DNA of 63,921 nucleotides, filler included, from Reticulomyxa filosa (GCA_000512085.1; 23 parts of 23 records of this genome joined end to end with filler, not necessarily neighbours in it), one strand, 5' to 3'. Positions 37,236-50,876 are shown, numbered from the whole stretch's first letter. Notes: generated by a model not told the origin, from the sequence alone. Translations and numbers: made by a program.

Positions 37236-37883
37236 TTAAGTATAAACAACTTTGACGCTGCCTTCAGGTGCACACCCACAATGTTCAAGTGTTTGATTGA
37301 ACTCATTTTCTTGCAGCGCAACTCCATCAGGAAGAACAAATGTGAAATTTTTTCTCCTCAGTTCGGGTGCTACACGCAAAGTCTGTCCATACAACTCCCA
37401 AAATGTCTGTGATGCTTGCATATCAAAAGTATGAGTAGTATTGTCTGGGAGAAGCAACAGAATCAAGGCGGAATCGACTTTTTTGTTTTCTTTTCATCCA
37501 CATTCTTTTGCAAATCACTCATTGTAATTTGCGGATCGCTGTTCAACGCAAACACAGCTTCCGCGGCTTTTTCCAAATCCCATTGATGTTCGTTCAAATA
37601 GTGAACTGCGTCTTCATCTGTATTCAAAGACGCCAAACTTCTTAATGTTCGAACTTTTTCAATTTGCTCATTGTCTTTTTTTTTTTCTTCATCGTTGACT
37701 TTTCTTATCGTTGCCTGTTTTTTCTGTATCCCCATCCCCCGACCACCATCATCTTGCACATTAAAAAATCAAACAATTTTTATTTGTTATTACCTCTTGA
37801 AATATTTCTGATTTGCGGACTTCCTTTTCGGATACCTCTATCACTACTATTTCCTCTTCCAAGTCAGTGTTAAAACTTAGGCT
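37236..37883 (-). CDS. Protein with UBA-like domain and C-terminal ubiquitin-like/UBX domain
   Basis: AVHYLNEHQWDLEKAAEAVF (p47/FAF1-type UBA-like) followed by ILLLLPDNTTHTF...TLEHCGCAPEGSVKV (UBX-like). Frameshift near 37465. Confidence 0.6.
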
Positions 37884-38042
37884 CTATTGTATTTGTTCAA
37901 ACATCGCAATTAATGTAGTGTAAACAACAACTATTTTACACAATATCGGATTATTTGTCATAGTTGGGGGTACAAAAAAAAAAAGGGTACTCCAAACCAA
38001 GGGACAACTTTTTATTGTCTTTTTTTTTGTTCTTGTTTTCAA

Positions 38043-38363
38043 CTAGTCTCTAATATTCTCAACGTCATGTGACTGAATAGGTTCAAGCAATTTGCTCTCA
38101 TCCATTTGGGGACCTGGATCAAGTGACTTTGCACCAATTGCTGCCGTGTTTACATAAACTGCGCTCCAACGGGTCAACGGATATAAGCTACGTAAGTGAG
38201 ATGCCTGCCGCTTCATGAAACGAGCACGGTCAGCAACTGGGCCGTTGTTATTCGAGAATTGATGGGCCTGTTCAAATGCAACTGGTAGTCCATGGGCCAA
38301 TCCAAAAGGAGCTATCGGATTATTGTTATTGAAGGCTATGCCTTGATTGGGAAAATAAGACAT
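38043..38363 (-). CDS. Hypothetical exon, possibly the 5' exon of the UBA/UBX gene
   Basis: Coding-like ORF MSYFPNQG... on the same strand directly upstream. Confidence 0.4.
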   Translation of the reverse strand: MSYFPNQGIAFNNNNPIAPFGLAHGLPVAFEQAHQFSNNNGPVADRARFMKRQASHLRSLYPLTRWSAVYVNTAAIGAKSLDPGPQMDESKLLEPIQSHDVENIRD

Positions 38364-38755
38364 TTTGAGATGTGGATTTTTTTTCACCGTGTACGTCCTT
38401 TTTTGACGTTAACAATTGTCGTGGTTATTTATTTTTTCAATTGTACGTCAAAAAGTTTTAAGATTGATTTCCTAGAAACAAATTTCAGTCTTTTTCAGCT
38501 CTGGAATATTTAAAAAACGAATATTTATTATGACACTATCAAATTTTTAAAATAGCACAAAGTTTGTCATCATGATCCGTTGATTTGCTTATAGAACCGA
38601 TTAAAAGAAGTTATGCTGGCATTTTTTGTAAAGAATAGACCAAATTAGGACAACTATTTCAAAGTCACACATGGTGACATACCCTGTAAATAAACTTTCC
38701 CTCCCAAAATAAATTGAACCAAAACAAATAAAACACCATCCAATTCACAAGCAAA

Positions 38756-41207
38756 TTATTTGACAAGATTAAGATCAGCGTTTTCTTCATTCGCCAAGTC
38801 GGCCATATTTTCCGATTCTTCAGCGGCATCTTTTTCTTCATTGCACGTGGTATCTTTTTCGGGATTGTACTCACTGTCGCTATCATCATCACTTTCATTA
38901 AATGTTAATTTCTTGACATTGGGATTGGTATTTTCAGCATCTTCTTTTTCATCGTCACTGCCGATACTTGGGAGATCGCCTGTTGTTAGAAATTTGCATA
39001 ACTTTGCACTTTCTTCCTCACTTGGATCTCTTTGATAAATGGAATGGAAGTGTTTTACAGCTCTTTCCATCAACTATTGTCCAAAGCAAAAGTCAATTCA
39101 AATCTTTTTGTTTGTTTATTTGTTTTCCAGTATATTTTTAACTTTTCTATCAACCGAACTCAGGCCACTCTTTTCCACTTTCGGAGTCTTTTCACCCCGA
39201 ACAGGAGAAAAGAATTTAACCGGTTTCTTATCACTTGAAGGTTTTCGTTCGCTGTTTGGCTCAGAAGCCTTTTTGTATTTTATTGTCGACCAAGAAATAT
39301 TTTAGTTTTATTTTCCTCGTTATTAAAAAATAATCTCAACTTTGGTGGTAACCTCCGCTTCGCCAGAAAGAAAGCCCTTGTCAGAGTCGCTTTCAAACTT
39401 TGTTTGGACAAATTTCGTTGTAATCAAAGACACCAACAAGTCCTCAAATTCTTTCAAGGAGGGCTCGCGTCCTTCTTGCTTTATAAACGCCACACGCGCA
39501 TCTTCTGCCATCTCTGCAGTTAATGCAACATTCGCAAAGTTTTGAATGGCTTTATGACTTTCTTCATCGGTTGTCTTTTTTCTATATTTTTTTAAAAATA
39601 TTTATTTGCAAATCAATTTGTCGAGTGTTCATTTTTCTCCTTTTTTTTTTTGTCCACTAAACTTGAGGAGTGACAAGCGACGAAGTCACCGTAGTGTTAA
39701 CATCGTTGGCATGTTCTTCTGAGTCCAGCAATTCATCGTTTGCTTCTTCAGCCAATTGCTCTTTTACGCGCTTAAAGACATCGGCAAGTTCTTGCAGCTC
39801 TGCTTCTCTTCCATTGATTTCATAAAACGTCTCGCTCACCAAATCGGCCAAATAACGAGCGTCTTGTCTTCCTTTTGCACGGATGATTTCAAATGCTTCA
39901 GCAATTTCACGTCGCAAACCTTCAGGTGTCAACTCTTCTTCTTCGCATTCCACACAATGTGAGGCATTTGAAGCCTTCGACGGTGTCTTTGTTGGCGTTT
40001 GTTTTTGAGCTGCCAACTTTTTGCCAAACGGACTCTATCAAAAACATTGGTTTCCAAACCAAAAACGTTTTTTTTTTTCTTAACACAAACAACCCCAAAA
40101 AAATAAAAAATAATAAGAAAGACAAGACTTGTTGTTTTTGGCCACCAATGTTTTTTGAAACTTTCTGCCATTTTATTCTATACTCTTCGCGCAATTGCTA
40201 TTCCAAAAAAAAAAACAACAAAACCCTTTCAATAGCCATCGAAATAAAAACGAACAACTACGTATTCAGACTCAATGTACACTTGGCGTTGACAGAGATA
40301 CAAACCCTTGCAGTCACGTTATGTTCTTCGTCGGAATATTCTTCAAGACGCTCGTCAGGTCCGATGATTTGGGATATCGCTTGTATTGCTGTGTTTGTCA
40401 GGGTCCTTGTTTCCCAAGCTGAAGGCTTGCGTCCGTGTCTTCTGACAAATTGCTTTTCAACCAACGGAGAGATTGCGTTCGTCATCTCTTTCAATTCCTC
40501 TTCTTCCACTTCTTTGCTTGTTTCATAGCTAACAACATGGTCGCATTCTTCGCCTGTATCTTTTTCTGCTGAAAACGCTTCGTATTCAGGCAACGTGAAG
40601 TTATCCAAAAACCCCTTCATTGCTCACACGGTACTTTGTACAACCAATTCAAAAACATTACATACAATGTTCGGACTTATTCTAGAAAATTGCCTGTTTC
40701 ACTAAAAAAATAAAATAAAAAAAATTTTTACCAACAAAATGTCTCCATAGAACTTGCGCGAATGAAATGGAAATCGCAATTGGTGTTTGTTTAATGGTGC
40801 GGTAAATGATGTGTACTTTCCTCGTAATAATACCACTTTTATTTTCTTCCATTCCCCTAAAAAAAAAAATTCAAACACAATCGACCTCATTTTTTTTAAT
40901 GTGTCATCAAAAACTGTTTACTTTGACACCCCCCACAAATAATAATAATAAAAATTGCAGCTTTTATACCGATAATCGTTGGTGATGCACCCAAAATCTC
41001 TTTGATTGTACTTTTGGTTGGATTTGCATCGTAAATGATTTCAACAGCAGAACCATCAGTACGTAAAATCACAGCTTTAACTTTGTGTTGTTCGTCCGTT
41101 TGAACGGAAGAGCTGAGTTCGTTCGGCAGTGCCGAAGACTGTTCGTCAACCTTAATTTCAGACGCTACACTTTGAGCATCATTATTCGAAAATGTTTGAA
41201 AAGACAT
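38756..41207 (-). CDS. Multi-exon acidic protein with an N-terminal conserved domain and four F-x4-(G/Q)R-x-(P/A) helical repeats
   Basis: ORFs 40896, 40702, 40258, 39657, 39323 and 38756 splice into one gene. The N-domain reads KAVILRTDG...ILG..PTIIGEW...NKHQLRFPF...GDILLYRVSNEG.LDNFTLPEY, with a 1-nt indel near 40610. Confidence 0.65.
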
Positions 41208-42917
41208 TTGCTTTCACTTCCACGCTGACAATAATAACCAAAATAAAGCCAGTAGAACAAATAGCAAAAAAGGCTGAGTTCCAGAAAAAACGTCCAGCAA
41301 CTTAAAGACAACGAGGCAAAAGCTAGTCCTTTGTTTAAAGACGTTTTTGTCTCTCCAAGAAGAGCAAAGTGTTAATGTTTGTAATGATGTTTCAAAGATA
41401 ATAATTTTGCAACTAGAGGAAACAATATACAAAAACGGCATTGATTAGAAAGATGTTTGCATAACACAAAAAATAAGCAAGCTTTCATAATCATACTTAA
41501 GTTAATAACAAAAAAAATAAATTTTTTGCTTGTTGTCATCTTAGGGATGAAAAAATCATTATTATCATGGTTACCATTTTTCATGCTTTAAGGATTTCAT
41601 AAAGTGCATTTGTCCTTGATATGTGGTCAAAATACACAGTCTGTTGAAGAGTTTTTTTCAAGTGTAAAACCATTTTTAAAAATTTATATTGCATCTGATA
41701 CTGTGTAGAGAACCTGGAGCGGAAAAGCACGTTTTAAGAAAGTAAGAATGCGTTTTTGAAACTTAAATTAAAAAAAAACAACTTTGTATATTTGGAGTCA
41801 TACTGACTCCATTGTGACGTAGGTAGTCTCACTACAACTGTCGAATTAAAGAGTTATTATATCAAGATTAATAGACAAACATAACGTGATGTGTTGGATG
41901 TAGTTCTAGAAACCAATACACTAAATCTGTTTGACAAGTTAGTTTTTTTTTGCTAGTAATAAAATATATTTAAAAACAAAGTATATGTCTGGTATATTTT
42001 TCTTGCAAACTATTGCAAATCAATGCTAAATTCGCAGAAGAATCGAGAAACTGTGAAGTCACTATGGTGCAATCGCACTTGTTGGTGCACTTATCACATG
42101 TAACTGTGATGTGGCTATCATATTTGTTTTTTATTTCAATCATTCATAAAACTCATGTTTATATGAATTACGTCAAAAAAGGAAAATATAATGTCAACGA
42201 TCTTAACTTGTTAATTTTTTTTCACTTCAATTAAATGTTGAATATCAGCAGTCTATTTATTGTAAAAGTGACATATATATTGCATTTTTTATTATTATAT
42301 AAAAGTAAGCATAACTTTTGACTGCCATTTGATCAAATCTGATACATTTCTTTTGCTTTGTTCGAGTTTTTTCATCAACATATTTTCTTTGATTAAATTA
42401 CCGTACACTTTACCAAGCCTTCATTTCCTCTTCATATTTTCATGTCTTTGGTTTATCTTGCATGCATTCTGCAAGTTTGACTGGTAATTTGCCAAGAAGG
42501 TATTGTATATTTGCACTGCTTCATGCAAAAAAATGCATTACTTGTGCATAATCAGTTTGTATCATTATGCAAATAGTTCACGATATATCTTTTATTAATA
42601 ACAAAAAAAAGGTACAGTAAAAGTATGCAATTTTCATAAAATTTTAATGTGTATCGTATTGTGTCTATACAAATAGTCCACCATTGTAAAATTCAAAGTT
42701 GTTGATATTCAGTTGAATCGTTATAGTTGTTTCTTGAAAACATTTTCATTGTTCAGTTTCAAGTTTTTTTTAGTAAAAAGGGTTAAACTCAAACGCGCGA
42801 GTATGCGTATATACAGTNNNNNNNNNNNNNNNNNNNNNNNNNNNNNNNNNNNNNNNNNNNNTTAATTAATTAANNNNNNNNNNNNNNNNNNNNNNNNNNN
42901 NNNNNNNNNNNNNNNNN

Positions 42918-44108
42918 GCAATTGGTGGACAAATGTCCAAAAATTGCTTCCAGATATCAATATATTGTCCCTGCCAATGAAACAATTCATTATTGGGGAT
43001 CGATCGTGAAAACCAGATGTCAGAAAAGCAGCAGCCAAGTTCGTAGTCGATACCAAGAGAAGGATTGAATAATTGTCAAGTTTTCTCAAGTAAATCTCAA
43101 TTTAAATTGAAATAACTTTATTGTTTTTCTTTTGATTATTTTTTGAATTAAGATTTTGTGTCTTTCTTTTGTTTTTGTTTCTTTTTTTTGAGTACTCTTT
43201 TAACTAGAAAGACCTGAGTTTATGCAGATAGAGAGGGCAAAAAGCAGTGCGAGTTAAGGATGAAGCGAGAGAGTAGTCCAACACTTGACACGCCCCCACT
43301 GCAACACATCTAAAGAATAAGAATGTGCTAAAGAAACTTAAAGCGTATTGCGGATTGAAGTAGCAAAATACAGAAACAAGAACAACGCAAATTTGTGTTA
43401 TGTAGTGGGCAACATCCAGAGTGTGAAGTGATTCGCAAGGCAAGAGAAAAACTTGGTATTAAATTAACGAGAAAGAAAGATGCATCACTGAAAAAAAAGC
43501 AAATTGCAATAATGTCACAATCAAACAAATCACCTTTTGCAACATCAGACCAGATTATGGTATCGTTGGATGATGATTGTATTGTGATATTTTGCGATGG
43601 GAGCACATATCCCAATTCTGGTATTCGAGGCGCAGGACTTGTAATTCAAGACTCAAGTATGCCAAAATGTTTGGAATTGGAATATTCGATCAATGGTATT
43701 ACAACCAATATTGGATCTGAGATTGAGGCAATGAGACTTGCATTAAAGCATTGAAGTATGTCAGTGATCACTACAGATTCCAAGAGTGATTATCCTGACT
43801 GATTGCAAGTTTGTGATTAATATTCAACAAATGGGATTCTGATAGATATTGAAATCATTTAATGAGGATAACGTACCAGAGATCTATTGGATTAAAGGTC
43901 ATTCTGGGATTCCTGGGTAATGATAGACTGTTGAACATTTCCTGATGGAATGTTTGCGATACCAAGATTTACGTCGCAATTGGTGGACAAATGTCCAGAA
44001 ATTGGTTTCCACGTTCGATCCCCAATACATTGATATCTGGAATCAGACATTATGATCAAGGTTGTCAATGCAGCATCCAAGTTTGTAATCGATACCAAGA
44101 GAAAAATT
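42918..44108 (+). mobile_element. Decayed non-LTR-retroelement-like relic with RNase H; two tandem copies of the 3' end
   Basis: RNase HI motifs IFCDGS, TNIGSEIEA, IILTDCK and YWIKGHSGIPG. C-terminal TVEHFLMECLRY..LRRNWW knuckle. 42918-43070 repeats at 43976-44108. Confidence 0.75.
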
Positions 44109-44208
44109 NNNNNNNNNNNNNNNNNNNNNNNNNNNNNNNNNNNNNNNNNNNNTTAATTAATTAANNNNNNNNNNNNNNNNNNNNNNNNNNNNNNNNNNNN
44201 NNNNNNNN

Positions 44209-44509
44209 AACAAATAAGTTGACAATCATCAAATGTTGAATAATCAATACTCCAGACCCAACTAGTATGTCCAGTGAATGTATTGATTAATTTGGATAAT
44301 GAACGAAATGTGTCAAACATGAAGACAGTAGACGCCTGTATTAAATAAATATTTGAATATTTTGACTGACTAAATGAAAAAGAAATAAATGAACTGACAT
44401 AATTGACAACAAATTTGTCAAAATCTTTGACCCATCCAAATTTAATTTGTAGAATTCTAATCCAATGGTGAATAATGATTTGGATCTCTTCTTCTTTTGA
44501 CTGTTTCAA
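44209..44509 (-). CDS. WD40-repeat family protein, N-terminal part (3'-partial)
   Basis: EEEIQIIIHHWIRILQIKFGW...SKLINTFTGHTSWVWSIDYSTFDDCQLIC. Same family as 22447..23502. Confidence 0.8.
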
Positions 44510-45479
44510 TCGTAAAGTAAAATGATAAAAACAATAATAAGAAAAACATAAAAAAAAACTTAAACGAAACTTTCATTACTAAGCTAAAGTATCTTTTTTT
44601 TTACTTGAGATGATCTTTGATGATGTTTTTCAACTTTTTTTTTTAAGCTCACGAAGGGTCAATAAAAAACTGTTATATATTAACTTCATTGTTGAACTCT
44701 AAGTTGCATAATTTTGAGAAAACTCAATTTTTTGTTAACAAAAATTTTTTTTTTTTGCAAAATTGTTTTGAAACTTTGCACAAACTCCGGCACTGACGCA
44801 GCAACTCAACAGCAAGTCTTTTGTTAAAATTCTCAATCCTTTAGTAATTTTCAAAAAAATAATTAAAAAACTCAAATATTAAACTACATTTACCTAAAAA
44901 AAAAAAGAAAAATAAAGGATAAAATATTGAAATAATTAGGAAAGATATAATAAAAAACTAAAAGTACACGATTTGTATATATTTTTTTTAAAATTAGGTA
45001 AAATTTCATAATTTATTAGTCAATCTGTGTTTGATTGAAAGGAAACTCCGTTTTTTTTAAATCAAACATATTTTTTTTAGAAATTAAAATGTTTAAACCT
45101 ATTTCTAAGACAAAATTACTACAAAGTGATAAAAAAAAATTTTGGAGTTAAATAAATATCTTTTCATTTTAACAATCTTTAACAAAAACAAAAAATTTAA
45201 AAAAATTGCTTATGCAAAAAGCAAAGTACTTGATCCTTTCGTAACCTAATTTATTGTTACTATTCATCTTTCTATTAAAACAAAGACAAAAAAAATTAGT
45301 AATAATAAAAAAAATTTTCTTTATGCTATTAATTATTCTTTCTACAGTAGATTGCAAAAAAAACTGCCATACCTAAATGNNNNNNNNNNNNNNNNNNNNN
45401 NNNNNNNNNNNNNNNNNNNNNNNTTAATTAATTAANNNNNNNNNNNNNNNNNNNNNNNNNNNNNNNNNNNNNNNNNNNN

Positions 45480-45520
<41 letters not shown>

Positions 45521-45566
45521 TTCTTTTGAAAAACAGAGTTATCGAAGTTGTCATCCAAAACAAAAC

Positions 45567-46440
45567 ATGGAAGAAAAAGTGGTACAAGAGTACAAGAAAA
45601 GGTTAAAAGGACATTCCAATTGGGTAAGTATGGCGACGGTATCGCCTGATGGGAATCAGGTGGTGTCTTGTTCGAGTGACCGAACAATTCAATGGTGGGA
45701 CATGCAAACAGGTGAAAAGATTAGAAAAGTAGAGCATTATGCACTCGGTGTGGATATTTCTCCCAGTGGAAAACAGTTGGCTAGTTGCAACGAGGATAGT
45801 ACCATTCGGTTGTACGACTATTACATGCCGGAGAAAAAGGTATACGTGCTTAAAGAACATGCAGAATGTGTGAACTCAGTGCAATTTTCCCCCAATGAGA
45901 AATTGATGACATCTTGCTCGAATGATGGTACCGTCCTTATTTAGGATATCTCTTCGCAAAAAGTAGTGAGCACACTCCAAAGTCATGTCGATGTTGTTTG
46001 CAAGGTGCAATTCACTACGGATGGACGTCGTGTTATATCTTGCTCCAGGGATAAAAATATCCTTGTATGGGACATTGAAAAGAAAAGTGATTCAAACGTT
46101 GAACAAGCATGTCGAATGTGTGAATGGAATTCATGCTTCTTTCGGTGGCAGTCGCATTGTCTCGTGCTCCAAAGACGAGACAATTCGCTTGTGGAACGCT
46201 ACTGACGGAGAAGTAATTCGTACTTTGGAAGGACACTCCAGCTCGGTCAACTCCGTGCAATTCCCACATAAAAATAAACACATACTTGCGTCCTGCACCA
46301 TTCGCTTATGGGATCTCTTCAGTTTTCGAGCTGTTTGCGTGCTTCAAGGGCATTCGCAATGTGTTTCTAGTGTCCAATTCTCGCCCAATGACGACACAAT
46401 TGTATCTTCTTCTTATGATTGTATGGTCTATCTTTGGTAA
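45567..46440 (+). pseudogene. WD40-repeat protein (second subfamily), disrupted
   Basis: About seven WD40 repeats (GHSNWV...SCSSDRTIQWWD). TAG replaces Trp at 45942-45944, there is a frameshift near 46085, and one repeat has a deletion. Confidence 0.8.
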
Positions 46441-46604
46441 AAATAAACGTCGAAATTCCTTACCTAAAAATTTTTTTTTTTTTTTTTTTTTTGCGTTTTT
46501 GGTTTCAAGAAATTACTTTTTTTCGTTTATTCTGGTTAGTATGAGTGTGCATTTTTGTTTTTTAAATTTTGTACGGTTGCGGCGCTAACATAAAATAAAT
46601 CAAT

Positions 46605-46850
46605 GCACATTCCAATTTTGTAACTTGTGTGAAATTTTCATCATATCATTGTCGTAATGTCATTTGATAATGCCATTCGTTTTTGGGATATCAAAGATGA
46701 CAGACACTTCCAAATATTCTATGAATACAATGATATTTTCTGCAATTGAATTTTCACCGTTTAATGGCGGTCGATATTTGTATTCTGGAGCTGGTGACAA
46801 AACCATTCGTTTATGGATATTCGATCAAATAAGAGTGAATTACATGTGAT
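46605..46850 (+). pseudogene. WD40 family remnant
   Basis: FVTCVKFSSYH...IRFWDIK...IEFSPFNGGRYLYSGAGDKTIRLW with deletions. Confidence 0.7.
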
Positions 46851-48479
46851 GAACAACAAAAAATTTTGAACTTGTATAATTGGATATTCTGTTGCTAATT
46901 TGAACTTAGTACTCTTTAAAAATAGATGCTATCATCAAATAACATGGCAATAATTAACATATTTATTGTATTATATCTTTTTATATCTTTTCAAACTTTG
47001 ATTCAAATAATTGATAATAATTTAATTCAATTGTTGTGTATCAATTATTTTTATTTAAGTATCTAAATGAACAGAAAACATGACATAATTGAAATTTCAA
47101 ATGATACTATATTTCGTGTAGAAAAAAAATTCACTTGAAATTGTTTAACTTAAAAAAATGAATTTTTAGATATATTTTACTTTCATTTTTTTAACTAGCT
47201 ACCATTCAAACAAAAATTACAATTACGAAATATTTAAACAAATGGTAGCTAGATGTCATATGTTGTATTTAATAAATAAATACAGTAATGATTTATATTA
47301 ATTTTTGTCAACATTTTTGGTTTAATCGTGTTAGTCGCAATACTAACTAGTTAAGTAGAAATATATTAGTCTTTTTTTATAAATATTTTATTTGTTTTTT
47401 TAGGTAGACATTAACAAGTTATATCGATTTGTGAAACTAGAAGTACGAATTAAAGCATTTCCAAGATTTTCTTCAAAAAATAAATGCTACAAGACGTAGC
47501 ATATGCATTTTTAATGATGATCAATGAAAAATTAAAGATCTAGATGTTTTAATTAATCTTGAAATCGATCTTTTTGCTTTTGTTTGTCTATAAACTTGTC
47601 ATTAATACATTCAACGTGCATTTATTCTGTCACAAGCTTGAAAACACACTTTGTGGATTTTCCGTTTAAGTTGGCAACATCTAGCTTCTATATTCTATAT
47701 ATATTGACTTGATGCAATCACAGTTCAAACTTTACTCGAAGTCTGAGTATCTGGAGTATCTACATCTGCTCCTCCTTTCTCGGTAGTGGCCATAATTTAC
47801 TGCACTAGTTCAATCAAAACTCTTTAAAGCTATTCACTAATTGACACTTACACTTGCGACAAACCAAACTTCATTGGGACATGAAAGTAGTTGTTTTTTC
47901 TATAGCAATAGTGCAAGCCGCTAAAATAGAGTAAAAAATTGACCATAATTCGTTATTATGGCAGGATAGAATTGAAATTTAACGTTGGATTATCATTGCG
48001 TTGCAGCTATAAACTAAAGGTACCACTTGCAATATATTTTGCTCTAATTAGAAATAAAAAAGGTTCTGATAAGTGATTGGTATTTTGCAGCCCTTTTTTG
48101 GGTGGCTTCTGGAAAAAACAGCTGACCCGCCAAAATTTTATTTTGAAAAGCTGGTGTAAAGAATGGTGATGACGTTATGATCCCACAAAACACAAGAGTT
48201 GAAAGATTTGTTGAAAGCAAACAAATTTGTTACAAAAGTTTGAATGAAATGTATAACATGTATAAAACAATAAAAAAGAAAACATTGAAAAATATATGCA
48301 TTAGTCAAAAAAATTTATCTCATTTAATTCATTCGAAGTCAAGCCATCAACAAAATACGAATCAATCCGTAATATAAATTTTAACACAGATTAATGCAAC
48401 AACTAATTTCATCATCGCTTTTTCTTTTTTTTATCATTCTTTCTTAATTGCAAAAATTTAAAACATATTACTCTACAAT

Positions 48480-48830
48480 CTTTTTCATTGCTTTCTTCGA
48501 TCACATACAACTCTTTCTTATTTGATCGAATATCCCAAAATCGAATTGTATTATCATCTGATCCACAACATATCACATTTGAATTATCAATACTATTCTT
48601 ATTACAAATGGTGAATATTCAACAGACCATACTTAATTTGTATGTCCATTGAACAATTGAATTTGTTCACCAGATCGAATATCCCACAAACGAACACTTT
48701 CATCTTCTAATTATTCATTTTATTATTATTATCATTGTTATTATTGATTTGTAATGGTAAAATATCAACACACCAAACAATATTTCCATATCCATTGAAA
48801 ACAAAAAAGATCTTCGATGTTGAAACGAAT
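48480..48830 (-). pseudogene. WD40 family remnant
   Basis: VRLWDIRSGEQIQLFNGHT...VEYSPFV...ICCGSDDNTIRFWDIRSNK with stops and indels. Confidence 0.7.
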
Positions 48831-50608
48831 AGTGTAATTTAACACAATTTTTATAAACTTTAAATGTGTTTTGTTTTTTGTCTTTAAATTGATTATTGTT
48901 TTGCTAAGCTTGAAGAGTAAAAATTTGAATATTTGACTTTGAAATATTAAAACTGCTTAAACATAAATTTCATAAATGATATGTTTAAAAGATATTTGAT
49001 GAATTATATTTCTTTAGATGATAACACGACTCTTGGGATGTGACAATTTGTAGTATAAGCTGTCAATAGACTTTGATTCTAGCCTTGTGATATCTCGTCG
49101 TACGAAAACCGTATTCCTTTCAAGTTTCATTATCATATTGCTTTATTCAATACTCTTATAAGAAAAGACGGCCTTTCGCGCACGTGGCATTACAACTATT
49201 ATATAGCTAGATGATAATTTTTTGAATTTTACAGTTTCATTTTCAACTCATTTACAAACACCAGCAATTTTCGAGTGTTGCTTCTATTATTCACAAGCTT
49301 TTTGTGAGACTATCAGTAGTACAAGTACAATTGTCTGTTCACCACTTTGCTTTTCAATGCAGCAAAAGTGAAAATGCATCATTCTCTTTATTACTCAACA
49401 ACAGAAAATCGAAACAATCAAAAATGACTGACTTGTGTTGAATTTCATAACTTGGTTTATTATGTCGTTATCACCTTTTTTTTTTCTAAAAAAACTATTT
49501 TCAATTCATATGCATGCATGATAAATAGTTTTTGGAGAAACAACAATGCCATCAAAGTTTAAATAAAATTACATTTTCTCTTTCGCACCTTTTTTTGAAC
49601 TAACATATTTTGAAAACTTAACATATAATTTAATTAAACTGAAGATGTAATGCAACGAATATGTTAAAACTGTAGGAGGTATGCAAAGTGAACCAAAATC
49701 AGGAAAATGCAAAACAGAAATGAAAATATTGATAAAATTATATGATATAATGAAAGAAATATCTTGATCAAAATAATTGCTTCAATTAATTTAATAGTAT
49801 ATTCTAGTGATTAAGTTGTTTTGTATAAAGTAGTTACAATTTTATTCTGACTTGACTTTATATCAAAATCAGATAATGGACAAGTAAAACAAATGATGAA
49901 AATAAATCAAAAAACGATAGTTCAATCAAAGGCCCAATTTATGTTCGGGATGAAAATATGTAAATAAAGCTTTTTGATTTATCTTTTTTTTCCTTAAAAA
50001 TATCATGTTACCAAAAACGTAAGGATTAATGTAAACGGATTCTTCAAATAATACTTTTTCAACGTCTTTGTTTTAAGAGTGATGTAAACGGATATAGAAT
50101 ATGATATCATGAAGGACATATTCGCTTTGCACACAGCCACAGCTTGGAGAAAGCTATCTTAAGATGAACTATTCCAAGATTAAAAGAATCTTTTTATTTG
50201 ATAGCATTCTTTTGAATTATTGATTATTCATATCCTGTTTCAAGAGAAAATATTGTTTTTGATAATGCACAATGCTGTCTTTTTTATTTTGTCCAGTTTT
50301 GATTGTTCGATACTATACAAAAAACAATAGCAAACAGACATTAAAAAACAATTTAAAAAATTAATATTGAAGAAAACGCAATACTTAAAATACTTTGCAA
50401 CTTATTTTCATACTTGATACAAGTATCATTTATTATGCTTTTCAAAAACATCGAATGCGGCTTTTTCAATTTTTTAAAGCAACAAAGTAAAAAACATAAT
50501 TCAATTCTTGCATTCAATCAAATCAAACAAGTTTGATATCATCTTACTTTTCTTTAATCAAACATTTCAAAAAAAAACACTTCATTTCTTATTCGACAAA
50601 ACAGTAAA

Positions 50609-50776
50609 TTATCCCCAAATATGAATGGGACCTTTGACTGAACCATAACACAAATTCAAATCATTCTTTGTCTTCTCTTTCTTTTTCAATCCAATCAATT
50701 TAAGACAAAATATTCCATCTTCTTTATTATCTTCTTTGATCATATATAATTCATTCTTATTTGATCGAATATCCCA
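50609..50776 (-). CDS. WD40 family protein, C-terminal end (5'-partial)
   Basis: WDIRSNKNELYMIK...LCYGSVKGPIHIWG*. Confidence 0.75.
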   Translation of the reverse strand, partial: WDIRSNKNELYMIKEDNKEDGIFCLKLIGLKKKEKTKNDLNLCYGSVKGPIHIWG

Positions 50777-50876
50777 NNNNNNNNNNNNNNNNNNNNNNNN
50801 NNNNNNNNNNNNNNNNNNNNTTAATTAATTAANNNNNNNNNNNNNNNNNNNNNNNNNNNNNNNNNNNNNNNNNNNN

